Shown piece by piece: positions 27,870 to 38,155 of a stretch of DNA of 64,000 nucleotides; the stretch's first letter is position 1; each line of letters begins with the position of its first letter. Source of the DNA: Patescibacteria group bacterium. GTDB lineage: Bacteria > Patescibacteriota > Minisyncoccia > Phycocordibacterales > Phycocordibacteraceae. Where the stretch lies: NCBI GenBank assembly GCA_038064495.1, contig JBBTSZ010000002.1:216934-280933 (forward strand), given 5' to 3'. A program made the translations under genes and the position numbers. Below the pieces are notes generated by a model. The model saw only the letters and a list, made by a program, of their open reading frames with translations, was not told the origin of the DNA and did not search any database.

Positions 27870-29344
27870 TATGATTCCACCATGCGGAAGGCGACCAAAG
27901 TATCCCCACCCGCCACCTCAGCCTTAGTCTCAATTTGAAGACCAAACTCCCCTTCTGTGTGAATGTTTGTAACATCCGCGCGCGCCACCTGCAGGTTCAC
28001 GAGCTTGCCACGACCAAGGTCAATGCCACGTCGGTCAATCTTTACGAGGTCGTTAAGTGAGAGGGAACCCGATACCCATTTTGCGCCAAGCACTGATTTT
28101 CCACTTGCCGTACTAAACACTTTCAAAACTTTTGCCTCGCCGAGTATTTCTTCGGTGATGATGCGCGGAGCTGCTGCTAGCACCAATTTCTCAACCTGTT
28201 CCTTAAGGTCGTAAATGATAGAAAACGTGTCTATAGAAATCCCACTTCGCTCCGCAAGGTCACGCGCGGTTGAATCGGTTGGAACATTAAAGCCAATGAT
28301 GCGCGCGGTAGAGGCCACGGCACTTTTCACATCACCCTCAGAAACAGCACCAATGCCTTCTGACACAATGCGGATTGAAACGCGGTCGTGTGAAATTTTC
28401 GCAAGCTCATGCTTGATGGCCTCAACCGTTCCGGTCACGTCAGCTTTGAGCACGAGCGCAAGGGAAACCTTTCCTTCGGTTGGACCGTCAATCTGGGTAC
28501 GGAGAGGAACATTCGCGAGCGTGGTGAGTTTTTCAGCCTCCTTCTTTGAAGAGATCATTACGAACGGTGTGCCTGAAGGTGGGAGTGTGCTCCATCCAGC
28601 GATGCGTACTGGTTGACTGAGCGTTGCGGACGTAATACGTGCTCCAGCAAAGTTCTCAATGAAGCGCACAGGAGCGCTTGCTCCACCCGCAACCACAAAC
28701 GAACCGGTCGTGAGCGTACCGTTTTTAATGATGAGGGTTGCCGTGAGTCCTTGCTTCGGATCTTGTGAAGACTCAAGCACAAAGCCTTCTGCAGGCACAC
28801 CCCGGTCTCCCGTGAGTTCAGACAAGTCAGCGGTGAGGAGCACGAGGTCAAGCAGTTCCGGAACACCGTCTCCAGTCTTTGAAGAAACCCCGACATATGG
28901 AATGCTTCCACCCAGACCTTCCAAATAGATTTCGTGTTCAAGCGCGGAAACTTTTGCGCGCTCAATGTCTGCTCCTGCTTTATCTATCTTAGTGAAGGCA
29001 ACGACGACCGGAGTACCCGCTTCTACGGCCGCCTGATACGCCTCAATGCTTTGTGGTTTGATACCTTCCTCTGCCGCAATCACGAGAATGGCAACATCGG
29101 CTACTTTTGCGCCACGCGCACGAAGCGCACGAAAGGCTTCGTGTCCCGGCGTGTCCAGAAAGGTGATATTTCGCTCCACTCCTTCGTGGGTGTGCGATGC
29201 CTCATACGCAGAGACATGTTGCGTAATACCACCCGCTTCACTTGCGGTGACATTTGCCTTACGGATGTAATCAAGCAGGGAAGACTTTCCGTGGTCGATG
29301 TGGCCCATAACGGCCACGATAGGTGGGCGGGTTTCTAAGGCCAT
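27869..29344 (-). CDS. infB: translation initiation factor IF-2 (short form, no N-terminal domain)
   Basis: [37 protein letters not shown]. Confidence 0.97.
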   Translation of the reverse strand: MALETRPPIVAVMGHIDHGKSSLLDYIRKANVTASEAGGITQHVSAYEASHTHEGVERNITFLDTPGHEAFRALRARGAKVADVAILVIAAEEGIKPQSIEAYQAAVEAGTPVVVAFTKIDKAGADIERAKVSALEHEIYLEGLGGSIPYVGVSSKTGDGVPELLDLVLLTADLSELTGDRGVPAEGFVLESSQDPKQGLTATLIIKNGTLTTGSFVVAGGASAPVRFIENFAGARITSATLSQPVRIAGWSTLPPSGTPFVMISSKKEAEKLTTLANVPLRTQIDGPTEGKVSLALVLKADVTGTVEAIKHELAKISHDRVSIRIVSEGIGAVSEGDVKSAVASTARIIGFNVPTDSTARDLAERSGISIDTFSIIYDLKEQVEKLVLAAAPRIITEEILGEAKVLKVFSTASGKSVLGAKWVSGSLSLNDLVKIDRRGIDLGRGKLVNLQVARADVTNIHTEGEFGLQIETKAEVAGGDTLVAFRMVES

Positions 29345-29403
29345 AATAGGCAAAGTAGACCACGGAGCTTGCAAAAAAGCAATAAAACCGCCACTTTATA
29401 GAT

Positions 29404-30576
29404 ATGTTGGGGAAACCGAAACGAGTGTATCTAGACTGGGCAGCAAGCGCCCCTATAAGCGGGCGCGCCAAAAGCGTCCTCTCGGCTTCTCTTGGTGTCT
29501 TTGGAAACCCAGGCGCTCTCCACCAGGAGGCACAGGTTGCAAGAGTACTGCTTGAAGAAGCTCGGACGAAGCTTGCTCGCCTTGTAGAGGTGAAAGAAGA
29601 TGGCGTTATCTTTACTTCAGGAGCGACCGAAGCAAACGCACTTGCCATACTCGGTCTCGTTCGCGCAGAAGTACAAAAGGGCAGTCGACTTCCCCACGTG
29701 CTGTATCATCCGGGAGCGCACGCGTCGCTCGTTGGTTCAATAGCGATGCTTAAGGAAGGGGGTGTTGAGATTGAGGCACTACCCCTTAGTAAGGGAGCGG
29801 TTGATTTGGAAAAGCTTGTCACGACACTCAAACCAACGACCACGCTTGTCGTGCTTGAAGCGGTGTGTGGTGAAACGGGTATGGTCTACGACACCCGTGG
29901 TGTCAGGCGCGCGCTTGATGCCTACGCAAAGAAAACAGGTACCCGTATCTACCTGCATGTGGACGCGAGTCAGGCGCCCCTTACGCAGAATCTCACGCTC
30001 GCGCACCTTGGCGCTGACCTTGTCACACTAGACGCGCAGAAGGTGGGTGGGGTTCGTGGTATCGGTGCACTCCTGCTTCGTCAGCACATCACCCTTGTTC
30101 CACTCATGCGTGGCGGTGGCCAAGAAGGCGGACGACGTCCGGGAACTGAGAATCCGGTTCTTGCGCATGCATTTGTAACTGCACTCACTGAAGTGCAAAA
30201 GAATAGAGAAGTGTTTACGAAAGAAGGTACACGACTGCGTGCACACCTGACGAAACTGCTTACGGAGATTCCTCGGTTAGAGGTGAACGAGCATAGCGAG
30301 AACGTCCCGAACATTCTCAACATCTCACTTCTGGGTCGGGATACTGACTATGCGGTGATGCTTCTGGATGCTTCTGGATTTGCAGTTTCAACGAAGAGCG
30401 CGTGCGAGACAGACGAACAAGGTTCTCGCCCAGTTGCTCTCATGAAGGATACGGAACATGCAGAAACAACACTCCGTATTTCATGGGGTCCGGGAATAAC
30501 GGAAAAAGAACTTGTGCGCTTCGCCTCTACGCTTGTGGGTGTGACTCGGTTCCTGGACGAGAAAGCGTTATACTAA
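29404..30576 (+). CDS. iscS: cysteine desulfurase (IscS/NifS family)
   Basis: YLDWAAS, GNP, FTSGATEAN, HVDASQ, AQK, RPGTEN, STKSAC. Confidence 0.88.
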   Translation: MLGKPKRVYLDWAASAPISGRAKSVLSASLGVFGNPGALHQEAQVARVLLEEARTKLARLVEVKEDGVIFTSGATEANALAILGLVRAEVQKGSRLPHVLYHPGAHASLVGSIAMLKEGGVEIEALPLSKGAVDLEKLVTTLKPTTTLVVLEAVCGETGMVYDTRGVRRALDAYAKKTGTRIYLHVDASQAPLTQNLTLAHLGADLVTLDAQKVGGVRGIGALLLRQHITLVPLMRGGGQEGGRRPGTENPVLAHAFVTALTEVQKNREVFTKEGTRLRAHLTKLLTEIPRLEVNEHSENVPNILNISLLGRDTDYAVMLLDASGFAVSTKSACETDEQGSRPVALMKDTEHAETTLRISWGPGITEKELVRFASTLVGVTRFLDEKALY

Positions 30577-30582
30577 CGACAT

Positions 30583-31344
30583 ATGAATCTAGAAGACCTG
30601 AACAAAAGCCAACTCCTCCTGCTCACGGTATTGGTGAACTTCGTGACCTCTATTGCGGTCGGTGTGCTGACTGTGTCACTCCTCGACCAGGCACCGCCTA
30701 CGGTCACTCAGACCGTAAATCGTATCGTGGACCACACAGTAGAAACGATTGCCTCCACGACGCCGATTCAGACCTTCATACCGATACCGTCTAAACCCAC
30801 AACGGTAGTGATTCATGATGAGGATCTGCTCACGGCAGCACTTGCTGCTGATGTTTCTCGAACTGTACGCCTCTATGTGAGATCAACCAGTACTCCTGCC
30901 GTTGCTATCGGCACCTATCTACCAAACGCACGTGCGGTTGCAACGGCAACAACGCTCGGTTTGCCACGAGAAATTATCGTCGCCTTTTCTGATGGTTCAA
31001 GTGCACCTGCATCTCTCTCACGTGCAGGAGCGACCCTCACCATTTACGGATTCTCCGACACGAGTGCACTGCCGAAAGTCCCGGTACCAAATCTCATCTC
31101 ACGTACGGACGTAAAGCAGGGACAGACGGTCCTTGCAATTGGAAGCGGCGGAAGTGCCTTTACCGGTATTGTTTCAAAGATAGACGACTTTATTCATACC
31201 AGCCTCATGAATATTCCGGTTGGTGCAGCCGCCGTCAGTAGTTCGGGCAATATCGTTGGTATCTCCATTGATGGAGCCGGCACGTTTGCAAGTGCCGACA
31301 AGATAACCATTCTTTTGAGTGCAACATCTTCGCCCGCAAAGTAG
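30583..31344 (+). CDS. membrane-anchored degenerate trypsin-like (S1C) fold protein
   Basis: N-terminal TM, GQTVLAIG, TGIVS, GNIVGI; no GNSGG serine motif. Confidence 0.55.
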   Translation: MNLEDLNKSQLLLLTVLVNFVTSIAVGVLTVSLLDQAPPTVTQTVNRIVDHTVETIASTTPIQTFIPIPSKPTTVVIHDEDLLTAALAADVSRTVRLYVRSTSTPAVAIGTYLPNARAVATATTLGLPREIIVAFSDGSSAPASLSRAGATLTIYGFSDTSALPKVPVPNLISRTDVKQGQTVLAIGSGGSAFTGIVSKIDDFIHTSLMNIPVGAAAVSSSGNIVGISIDGAGTFASADKITILLSATSSPAK

Positions 31345-31357
31345 TATTACTTGATAT

Positions 31358-34030
31358 ATGCCTCCTTTCAAAAACTTCACCACCAAAGCAAAAGAAGCCA
31401 TTCGTAAGGCCCACGAACTCGCTATTGAGCGAGGTCAAAATCATGTAAGCCCACTTCACCTCCTTGCGGCCCTCATTCATCAGGAAGAAAGCATGGTGTT
31501 CTCAGTCCTTGACCGCATGGACATTGATACGATGCTTTTGGCTGACACCGTACTTGAAACCCTTGAAGCACCTGAGACAAGCGCAACTTTGTCGCCGTCG
31601 TACCAGCTCTATCTTACCCCAGACCTCGCTCAAGCACTTGAGTCAGCGGGAAAAGTAGCGGCACGCATGAACGATTCGTTCATTGGTACCGAGCATCTTT
31701 TTGTAGCAGTGCTTGAAAACCCTGGTCCAGCAACCGAAATTATCGGACGGTTCAAGATTGATGACGAAACCGTGATTTCCATCTTGAAAGAATTGAAATC
31801 AACCAAAGACGGACACACCGGCGAGCAAAAACGTTTTCGTGCGCTCGCAAAGTACACCCGTAACTTAACAAAGCTTGCGGCAGACAACGCGCTTGATCCA
31901 GTTATTGGTCGTGATCAAGAAATTAGTCGCGTGATTCAGATTCTCTCCCGTCGCACGAAGAATAACCCGGTTTTGATTGGTGAAGCAGGAGTCGGAAAGA
32001 CGGCGATTGCCGAGGGGCTCGCGGCGCGTATGGCAGCCGGAGACTTGCCGGAGTCTCTCAAAGGCAAGGAGCTCCTCTCCCTTGACCTTGGTCTCATGAT
32101 TGCGGGCACGAAGTACCGTGGCGAGTTTGAAGAGCGTATGAAGAGCGTGATGAAAGAAGTAGAAAAGGCGCAAGGCAAAGTCATCCTTTTTATTGATGAA
32201 CTCCACACGCTTGTGGGAGCCGGCGCCGCTGAAGGTGCGATGGATGCTTCTAACATGCTGAAGCCTGCCCTTGCACGTGGTGAATTCCGCATTATTGGAG
32301 CGACAACCCTGAAGGAGTATCAGCAACACATTGAAAAAGACACCGCACTCACACGCCGTTTCCAGCCGGTGTTTGTGAATGAACCCTCAGATGAAGACGC
32401 GGTTGCAATTCTTCGTGGACTGCGTGATAAGTACGAGCTCTTCCACGGGGTGCGTATTACTGACGGCGCGATTGTGTCTGCGGTAGAACTTTCCTCTCGC
32501 TACATCACCGACCGGTTCCTTCCAGACAAGGCCATTGATCTTATCGATGAGGCTGCGTCAGGTCTGCGTATTGCACTTGAGAACAAACCCCCCCTACTTG
32601 AAGAAACAGATAGACGTATTCGTCGTCTTGAAATAGAACGCCAGGCACTTCTGAAAGATATCAGCGGGGAACACGGAAAAGAGATTAAAGACCGTGTGAA
32701 GAAGATTGACCTCGAGGTTGCAGACCTGAAAGAAAAGACAGGCGAGCTAGAGCTCAAGTGGAAAAATGAAAAAGAAGTGCTCCACGCTATTCGTGAAATA
32801 AAAGGAGAGCTCGAGAAGCTCCGTGTACAGGCAGATAATGCCGAAGCAAGTGCGGACCTTGGTGTTGCGGCAGAGATTCGTTACGGACGCATACCCATGC
32901 TGGAAAAAGAACTTGATACCAAGATGAAGCGTTTGAAGACGCTCCAGAAGTCTCGTCGTGTACTCCACGAAGAAGTGACTGAGCACGAAATCGCCGGGGT
33001 CGTCTCTCGCTGGACCGGCATTCCCGTATCCAAAATGCTTGAGGAAGAGGCGGTAAAACTTGCTCGTATGGAGGAAGCACTTCGCGCAGCCGTGATTGGC
33101 CAGGATAAGGCCGTGAAAGTCATCACGGACGCGGTGAAGCGTTCTCGCGTGGGTATTGCAGACCCGAACCGTCCTATTGGCTCCTTCCTCTTTATGGGAC
33201 CTACGGGAGTCGGTAAGACCGAACTTTCGCGCAAGCTCGCTGAGTTTATGTTTAACGACACCGAAGCTCTCGTGCGGGTGGACATGTCTGAGTTTATGGA
33301 GAAGCACTCTATTTCAAAATTGATTGGTGCACCTCCTGGCTATGTGGGCTACGAAGAAGCGGGTAGCTTGACTGAGCGCATTCGTCATCGACCGTATGCC
33401 GTTATTCTCTTTGATGAAATAGAGAAGGCACATCCTGAAGTGTTTAACATTCTTCTTCAAGTACTTGATAACGGCCACCTCACAGATGGAAAGGGACGGA
33501 AGGTAAATTTCAAGAACACCATCATTGTGCTTACTTCAAATATTGGTGCTGAGTTTATCGATAGAATGGCGAACATTGGTTTCGGCGTGAGTTCAGGTGA
33601 TGACGTAGCTCAGTATGAACAAGTGAAAGAGAAAGTACTGGTTGCGCTCAAAGACCGATTCCGTCCGGAATTCCTCAACCGTCTTGATGAAATCGTCATC
33701 TTTGATGTGCTCTCTAAGGAATCTCTCGCAAGCATTGTTGAGAATCAAGTGAAGGACGTCGTGAAGCGTCTGTCTGGAAAACGCATTAACCTTTCCATCT
33801 CACCTGAGGTGCGTGCGTGGCTTGCTGACAAAGGCTACAACCCACAGTATGGTGCGCGCCCATTGAAGCGTGCGATTCAGGACAAGATTCTCACTCCTAT
33901 AGCTTCGCTCATGGTAGGCAAGGGCATCATGGAAGGAGGCACCGTAGAAGTTGTGATGAAGAATGGCGAGCCGCATTTTGAGGTGAAGAAGTCGGCAACG
34001 CGCGCAAAGAAAGTCCCGGTACGCGCCTAA
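31358..34030 (+). CDS. clpB: ATP-dependent chaperone ClpB
   Basis: two AAA+ modules ([16 protein letters not shown]), KYRGEFEER, long middle coiled coil. Confidence 0.96.
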   Translation: MPPFKNFTTKAKEAIRKAHELAIERGQNHVSPLHLLAALIHQEESMVFSVLDRMDIDTMLLADTVLETLEAPETSATLSPSYQLYLTPDLAQALESAGKVAARMNDSFIGTEHLFVAVLENPGPATEIIGRFKIDDETVISILKELKSTKDGHTGEQKRFRALAKYTRNLTKLAADNALDPVIGRDQEISRVIQILSRRTKNNPVLIGEAGVGKTAIAEGLAARMAAGDLPESLKGKELLSLDLGLMIAGTKYRGEFEERMKSVMKEVEKAQGKVILFIDELHTLVGAGAAEGAMDASNMLKPALARGEFRIIGATTLKEYQQHIEKDTALTRRFQPVFVNEPSDEDAVAILRGLRDKYELFHGVRITDGAIVSAVELSSRYITDRFLPDKAIDLIDEAASGLRIALENKPPLLEETDRRIRRLEIERQALLKDISGEHGKEIKDRVKKIDLEVADLKEKTGELELKWKNEKEVLHAIREIKGELEKLRVQADNAEASADLGVAAEIRYGRIPMLEKELDTKMKRLKTLQKSRRVLHEEVTEHEIAGVVSRWTGIPVSKMLEEEAVKLARMEEALRAAVIGQDKAVKVITDAVKRSRVGIADPNRPIGSFLFMGPTGVGKTELSRKLAEFMFNDTEALVRVDMSEFMEKHSISKLIGAPPGYVGYEEAGSLTERIRHRPYAVILFDEIEKAHPEVFNILLQVLDNGHLTDGKGRKVNFKNTIIVLTSNIGAEFIDRMANIGFGVSSGDDVAQYEQVKEKVLVALKDRFRPEFLNRLDEIVIFDVLSKESLASIVENQVKDVVKRLSGKRINLSISPEVRAWLADKGYNPQYGARPLKRAIQDKILTPIASLMVGKGIMEGGTVEVVMKNGEPHFEVKKSATRAKKVPVRA

Positions 34031-34033
34031 GGC

Positions 34034-34741
34034 ATGGAAACTGAACAAAACGAGCGCCAGGAACTGGAGCAGCTTTCTCGCGAACTTGTTGATGAGGCAG
34101 TGCTTGTTGAATACAAACAGACCTACGATAACTATCACATCTCGTTTATTCCGAGCATGCTTGGAGCCGTACTCGTGTTCTCCGGGAATCTAGTCTACGG
34201 AAAACGTCCTTCCTATATGAAGTTTCGTGCGGTGGAGGTTATCGCACGAGTTCCCTATCATTCATGGAGCTCAGCGGCATACACACTCCTCACCATGTTC
34301 TACAGCAACGAGCAGAAAGCACTGAAGCTGTCTGAAGTCTCGCAATTCTCACGCATTGCGCAGGATAACGAAACCATGCACGTGGTGGTCATTTCTAAAC
34401 TAGCCTGTCTGGAACACCGCGTGAATTTTTTCGTACACACCCTTATTCCGATGATTTTTGCGTTCTTCTACTTCTGGGCTTCCTACATTTTGTATTTGAT
34501 TAACCGAAAGTATTCACTTGAGCTCAATTATTGTTTTGAGCAACACGCGTTTGATCAATACAATCAGTTTCTGAAGGAGAACGAGGAAGCGCTCAAAGGG
34601 AAGCCGATAGAGAGTGAATTTCTTTCGTGGTACGGCAGAAATCCCACCAACCAGTACGATTTCTTTATGGGCGTCCGGAATGACGAAATCATCCATCGTA
34701 ATATGTCGGCGCATGTGCTTCAGGGTCTGAAGAAGAAGTAG
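34034..34741 (+). CDS. alternative oxidase (AOX/PTOX) family di-iron protein
   Basis: EVIARVPY, DNETMH, FEQHAFDQY, RNDEIIH ligand pattern. Confidence 0.82.
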   Translation: METEQNERQELEQLSRELVDEAVLVEYKQTYDNYHISFIPSMLGAVLVFSGNLVYGKRPSYMKFRAVEVIARVPYHSWSSAAYTLLTMFYSNEQKALKLSEVSQFSRIAQDNETMHVVVISKLACLEHRVNFFVHTLIPMIFAFFYFWASYILYLINRKYSLELNYCFEQHAFDQYNQFLKENEEALKGKPIESEFLSWYGRNPTNQYDFFMGVRNDEIIHRNMSAHVLQGLKKK

Positions 34742-34752
34742 CAATACTCTCG

Positions 34753-34901
34753 GATGTTCAGTTTTCGGGCACGTGTCGCCTTGACCTGCGACAAGGCGTA
34801 CTCGCTCTCGCTGTGCCAGCTTGGCAATTCCGGTGCAGACTGTCTACGGCACCAGAATTGCCAAGCTGGCACAGCTCCGAGAGTCCCGAAAACCTAACAC
34901 C
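34753..34901. repeat. dispersed palindromic element family 2, copy 2
   Basis: same GTCGC/GCGAC and CTCTCGCTG/CAGCTSCGAGAG core as 11162-11303; 21-bp perfect inner arm. Confidence 0.8.
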
Positions 34902-34963
34902 CTCGGTACCTGCCGTACTGGCCCTGGATTGCGGTACGGAGCGGGATTTGGTAAGGTGGGGCT

Positions 34964-35119
34964 ATGTCTCAAGAACGCCTTTTAAAGCTCCGCTCCACGA
35001 AGTCGGACCACGTCTATTTCAGCCGAAAGAACAAGAAGAAAGTAGAACGCAAGATTGAACTCAAGAAGTTTGATCCGACGCTCCGTGAGCGCGTTATCTA
35101 CAAGGAAGTGAAGAAATAA
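34964..35119 (+). CDS. rpmG: 50S ribosomal protein L33 (Cys-free form), 51 aa (below cutoff)
   Basis: MSQERLLKLRSTKSDHVYFSRKNKKKVERKIELKKFDPTLRERVIYKEVKK*. Confidence 0.93.
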   Translation: MSQERLLKLRSTKSDHVYFSRKNKKKVERKIELKKFDPTLRERVIYKEVKK

Positions 35120-35232
35120 GAAAAGCCCCTTGGGGGCTCCTTTCTTTGTATACAAGCCACGATTCTATGCTACTTGACATACACCTATTTTAGGTGTATT
35201 ATATTTACAGAACAAACGTAAGGGAATTCCAG

Positions 35233-35433
35233 ATGTATAGCTCTCAACGGTACCACTCGGACCTTCTAAAGGCCGTGAAGCCGGTACAGAAATCTGCTGC
35301 TGTCTTCGGGAAATCTCTCTCGAAGCTCGATCTTTTTAAAATCTGCATGCCGTGCCTTGTTATGGTCGCTCAGCTCGTATGGTTTTTCTATCAGTTTGCG
35401 TTCTTCACTGGACGCAGGCTTCTCAACTTCTAA
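35233..35433 (+). CDS. hypothetical small membrane protein
   Basis: TTGACA-17-TATTAT promoter, AAGGGA SD. Confidence 0.5.
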   Translation: MYSSQRYHSDLLKAVKPVQKSAAVFGKSLSKLDLFKICMPCLVMVAQLVWFFYQFAFFTGRRLLNF

Positions 35434-35445
35434 AGGAGACTCAGT

Positions 35446-35727
35446 ATGGCTCGTGCGCCGTTACAGCAACGCCCTTCGATTCGCTCGAATTGGGTCCACT
35501 TCTTTCTCGGCTCGCCGAAACGCTTTCTATGGACCTGCTTCACAGTGTTCCTGATGCTTGTGGTGACTGCACCGAACGTGGCCGGAGCTCTTCTTGCCTA
35601 TGTTCTTACAGCTGTCACCAGGGCACTTGGACCTGCCGTGGGACCACTGTTCGAGATCGGAATTGTTTTGTGGGGATTCAAGATCATGTTCTCACCACTC
35701 CGGCCGAAGAGGGGAAATAAGCATTAA
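35446..35727 (+). CDS. hypothetical membrane protein
   Basis: AAGGAG SD; 2-3 TM; terminator near 35744-35773. Confidence 0.65.
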   Translation: MARAPLQQRPSIRSNWVHFFLGSPKRFLWTCFTVFLMLVVTAPNVAGALLAYVLTAVTRALGPAVGPLFEIGIVLWGFKIMFSPLRPKRGNKH

Positions 35728-35909
35728 CTGCAGGTTCGTCCGTAAGTCCCGCACAATTTGGTGCGGGGCTTTTATGTATGTGCGGGTCCTATGGGACGAG
35801 ATTCGAACTGAGCTACGCAACCCTTTACTTAGCCCTTTAAGCTCTATATAGTTGCCACAGATATGTACCGAGCTGCGGCGGTACCGCGCATTCACTAGAG
35901 GAGGGGTCG

Positions 35910-36365
35910 ATGCATCTCATTTCAGGTTTTTTCTGCCAAAGGGACCGGAGTTACCATATCGGATTTGCTTCGGGAATCGGCGCAGTCGCTATGTCCAACG
36001 AAGATGTCGTCTCCGTATTCTTCGGCGGCTTTATCAGGCAGCACGACTCCGATCCGGAGGGCGTTCTGAGCGGTGCGATGTTCGATGATTATGGCCTGGC
36101 TGAGCTATCGGAAGTCGCCATAAGCGATAAGGACATTCGGTTCCGTAAACGATACTTGCGGCGTGGCGCTGAAATCCAAGGGCCGGCCATCGACTATGTG
36201 TTTCAACCTGCCGAGGACGACCCGAACACCTGGGTCGGCGAATATTTCATCGATTCAGGTGCAGGCGGGGAGGTAAAGGGACTGGCGCGCTGCGTCATTA
36301 CCGAAGTGAGCTCCCGACCATTCGGAGACGACCTGAAGAAGTTCGCTCTCGACAATGGATTCTGA
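35910..36365 (+). CDS. hypothetical protein, 151 aa
   Basis: GAGGAGG SD; terminator AAAAGGCGCTGGG/CCCGGCGCCTTTT. Confidence 0.7.
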   Translation: MHLISGFFCQRDRSYHIGFASGIGAVAMSNEDVVSVFFGGFIRQHDSDPEGVLSGAMFDDYGLAELSEVAISDKDIRFRKRYLRRGAEIQGPAIDYVFQPAEDDPNTWVGEYFIDSGAGGEVKGLARCVITEVSSRPFGDDLKKFALDNGF

Positions 36366-36427
36366 ATCAAGATCGCAAAAGGCGCTGGGGTCGATCCCGG
36401 CGCCTTTTACATTCCCTTGTTCGAAAG

Positions 36428-36498
36428 CGGGCCCACGAGGAATCGAACCTCGACTATCGGTTTTGGAGACCGATGTTCTACCACTAAACTATGGACCC
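36428..36498 (-). tRNA. tRNA-Trp(CCA)
   Basis: TCGGT-CT-CCA-AA-ACCGA; GGTTCGATTCC. Confidence 0.95.
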
Positions 36499-36589
36499 AG
36501 GGCGAGGCACAGCCTCACGGTTACCTTAGCAGATTGGGGGGTGGGAACAAAGGTCTAGGAGAGCGCGAAGGGGAGGCTACAATGCTTGT

Positions 36590-37588
36590 ATGCGGAGATA
36601 TCTCCTTCCAGCGCTCCTTGCGCTCTGTATAGTGTTTCTGCCGAGTATTGCGTCAGCAGAGTCTAATGCAGGAATCTTCGCGCCAGTCATTTCTGACGTC
36701 TGCACGTGTCCAGGCACTGCTCCTGGTTTTGGATGCATTCTAGACACCATACAGAACCTTCTTAACCTCGGCGTCTCACTTTCAGCGATGCTTGCGGTGC
36801 TCATCATTGCCTACGCAGGTACCCTTCTCATCTTTAACCCAACCAAACCGGAGTACCGGACACAAGCGAAAGGCATGCTCGCGAATGTTGCCATAGGCAT
36901 GGTCATCGTACTCGCCTCCTGGCTCATCGTTGATTTTGTGATGAAGATTGTCTACAACCCCGGTGCGGTATTTTCGGGAAATGTTATTGGACCTTGGAAC
37001 GATATTCTTGGTGGTGGCGAGGCCTGTATTGTTGCTCAACAACTCGACACCATCTTTGATGGAAATCTAGTGACGACGCCGACGACCGATGTGGCTGCAA
37101 GTGGAGGTGTACTCACCAACTCTGGAAAAGGAGCTTGTAATGCAATAACGGTTGCACAAAGTGCCGCCGCAGGTGGAGCACGCATGTCCACACAGGAGGC
37201 GAACATTCTTGCCTGCGTGGCAGGTCCGGAAAGCCAATGTGGTGCAGTGTTACAAAACTATAATTGGAACGGCGCAAAAAGCTATCCACCTTCAACCGCG
37301 TACGGGCCCTTTCAGATTACACTCAAAGGAAACAGCGGCTGTTTTGAGAATGCAGCTTGCTATCAAGCCGCCGGTGTTAGTGGATCGCTAAACTGTGATG
37401 CAGCGTTTGATTCAAAAGGCTATGCAATTCCCGGTGCCAGGCTTGAACAGTGCAAGCGTGCCGCCGCGAACCTCACGTGTAGTTCGGTTGCTGCAGATTG
37501 TGTATATCGTAAGCAAGGTGCAAGTGCGTGGACAGCTGATAAAAGTAGTTCAAAGCAACAGGCGTGCATCTCTGGTAATGGAGGCTAA
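36590..37588 (+). CDS. pilin-like membrane domain fused to a Cys-rich lysozyme/lytic transglycosylase-like domain
   Basis: IIAYAG...AKGMLANVAIG..LASWLIV; C-terminal CVAGPESQC and AYGPFQI, ending SAW. Confidence 0.65.
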   Translation: MRRYLLPALLALCIVFLPSIASAESNAGIFAPVISDVCTCPGTAPGFGCILDTIQNLLNLGVSLSAMLAVLIIAYAGTLLIFNPTKPEYRTQAKGMLANVAIGMVIVLASWLIVDFVMKIVYNPGAVFSGNVIGPWNDILGGGEACIVAQQLDTIFDGNLVTTPTTDVAASGGVLTNSGKGACNAITVAQSAAAGGARMSTQEANILACVAGPESQCGAVLQNYNWNGAKSYPPSTAYGPFQITLKGNSGCFENAACYQAAGVSGSLNCDAAFDSKGYAIPGARLEQCKRAAANLTCSSVAADCVYRKQGASAWTADKSSSKQQACISGNGG

Positions 37589-37597
37589 ACTACAACT

Positions 37598-38152
37598 ATG
37601 AAAAAGGCGCTCATCATCATTTCAGTCATACTCGTGCTTTTGCTTGTTGCCGGACTTGGTTACTATTTCTATACCCATACAAAGACCCCACAGGCGCCTG
37701 ATAGTACAAATACATTTCCGATCGGTGATATGAATCAAGGAGGTAGTTCAACCATGGTAATACCTGCTGAGGATGGAGGTAGCATCTCCACATTGGATTT
37801 CATACATAACAACGTCACGTTTGAAGATCCTGCGAATAAGGGCGACTACTATCTTGCCGGAAGTAATGACATTTGTAATCCAGACGGTACCTGTCCAAAA
37901 GCAGGCACGTCTACCCATTTCAATATTCTGTATTTCTCAGACTCTGGTTCTTTCGTCATAAGTCTTAATGAAGAACCACTTGGTCAGATTCGCAGAGAAG
38001 CAGAAGAGTATCTCATACAAACGCTTGGTATAACGCAAGAGCAAATGTGTAAACTAAACTACACCATCGGTACGACGTCATACATCAACGACACATTTGG
38101 AGGTGAGAATTTAGGATTCAGTTTCTGTCCCGGAGCAGTGAAGCTCCCTTAG
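37598..38152 (+). CDS. membrane-anchored hypothetical protein
   Basis: N-terminal TM; C-terminal LGFSFCPGAVKLP; lies between the two pilin fusions. Confidence 0.75.
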   Translation: MKKALIIISVILVLLLVAGLGYYFYTHTKTPQAPDSTNTFPIGDMNQGGSSTMVIPAEDGGSISTLDFIHNNVTFEDPANKGDYYLAGSNDICNPDGTCPKAGTSTHFNILYFSDSGSFVISLNEEPLGQIRREAEEYLIQTLGITQEQMCKLNYTIGTTSYINDTFGGENLGFSFCPGAVKLP

Positions 38153-38155
38153 ACT

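Noticed and set aside
36428-36498. Alternative genetic code (UGA reassigned, as in Gracilibacteria/SR1)
   Set aside because: TGA ends conserved genes (lepB, alr, dnaX) at expected positions, with ATGA coupling; no conserved gene is interrupted by TGA
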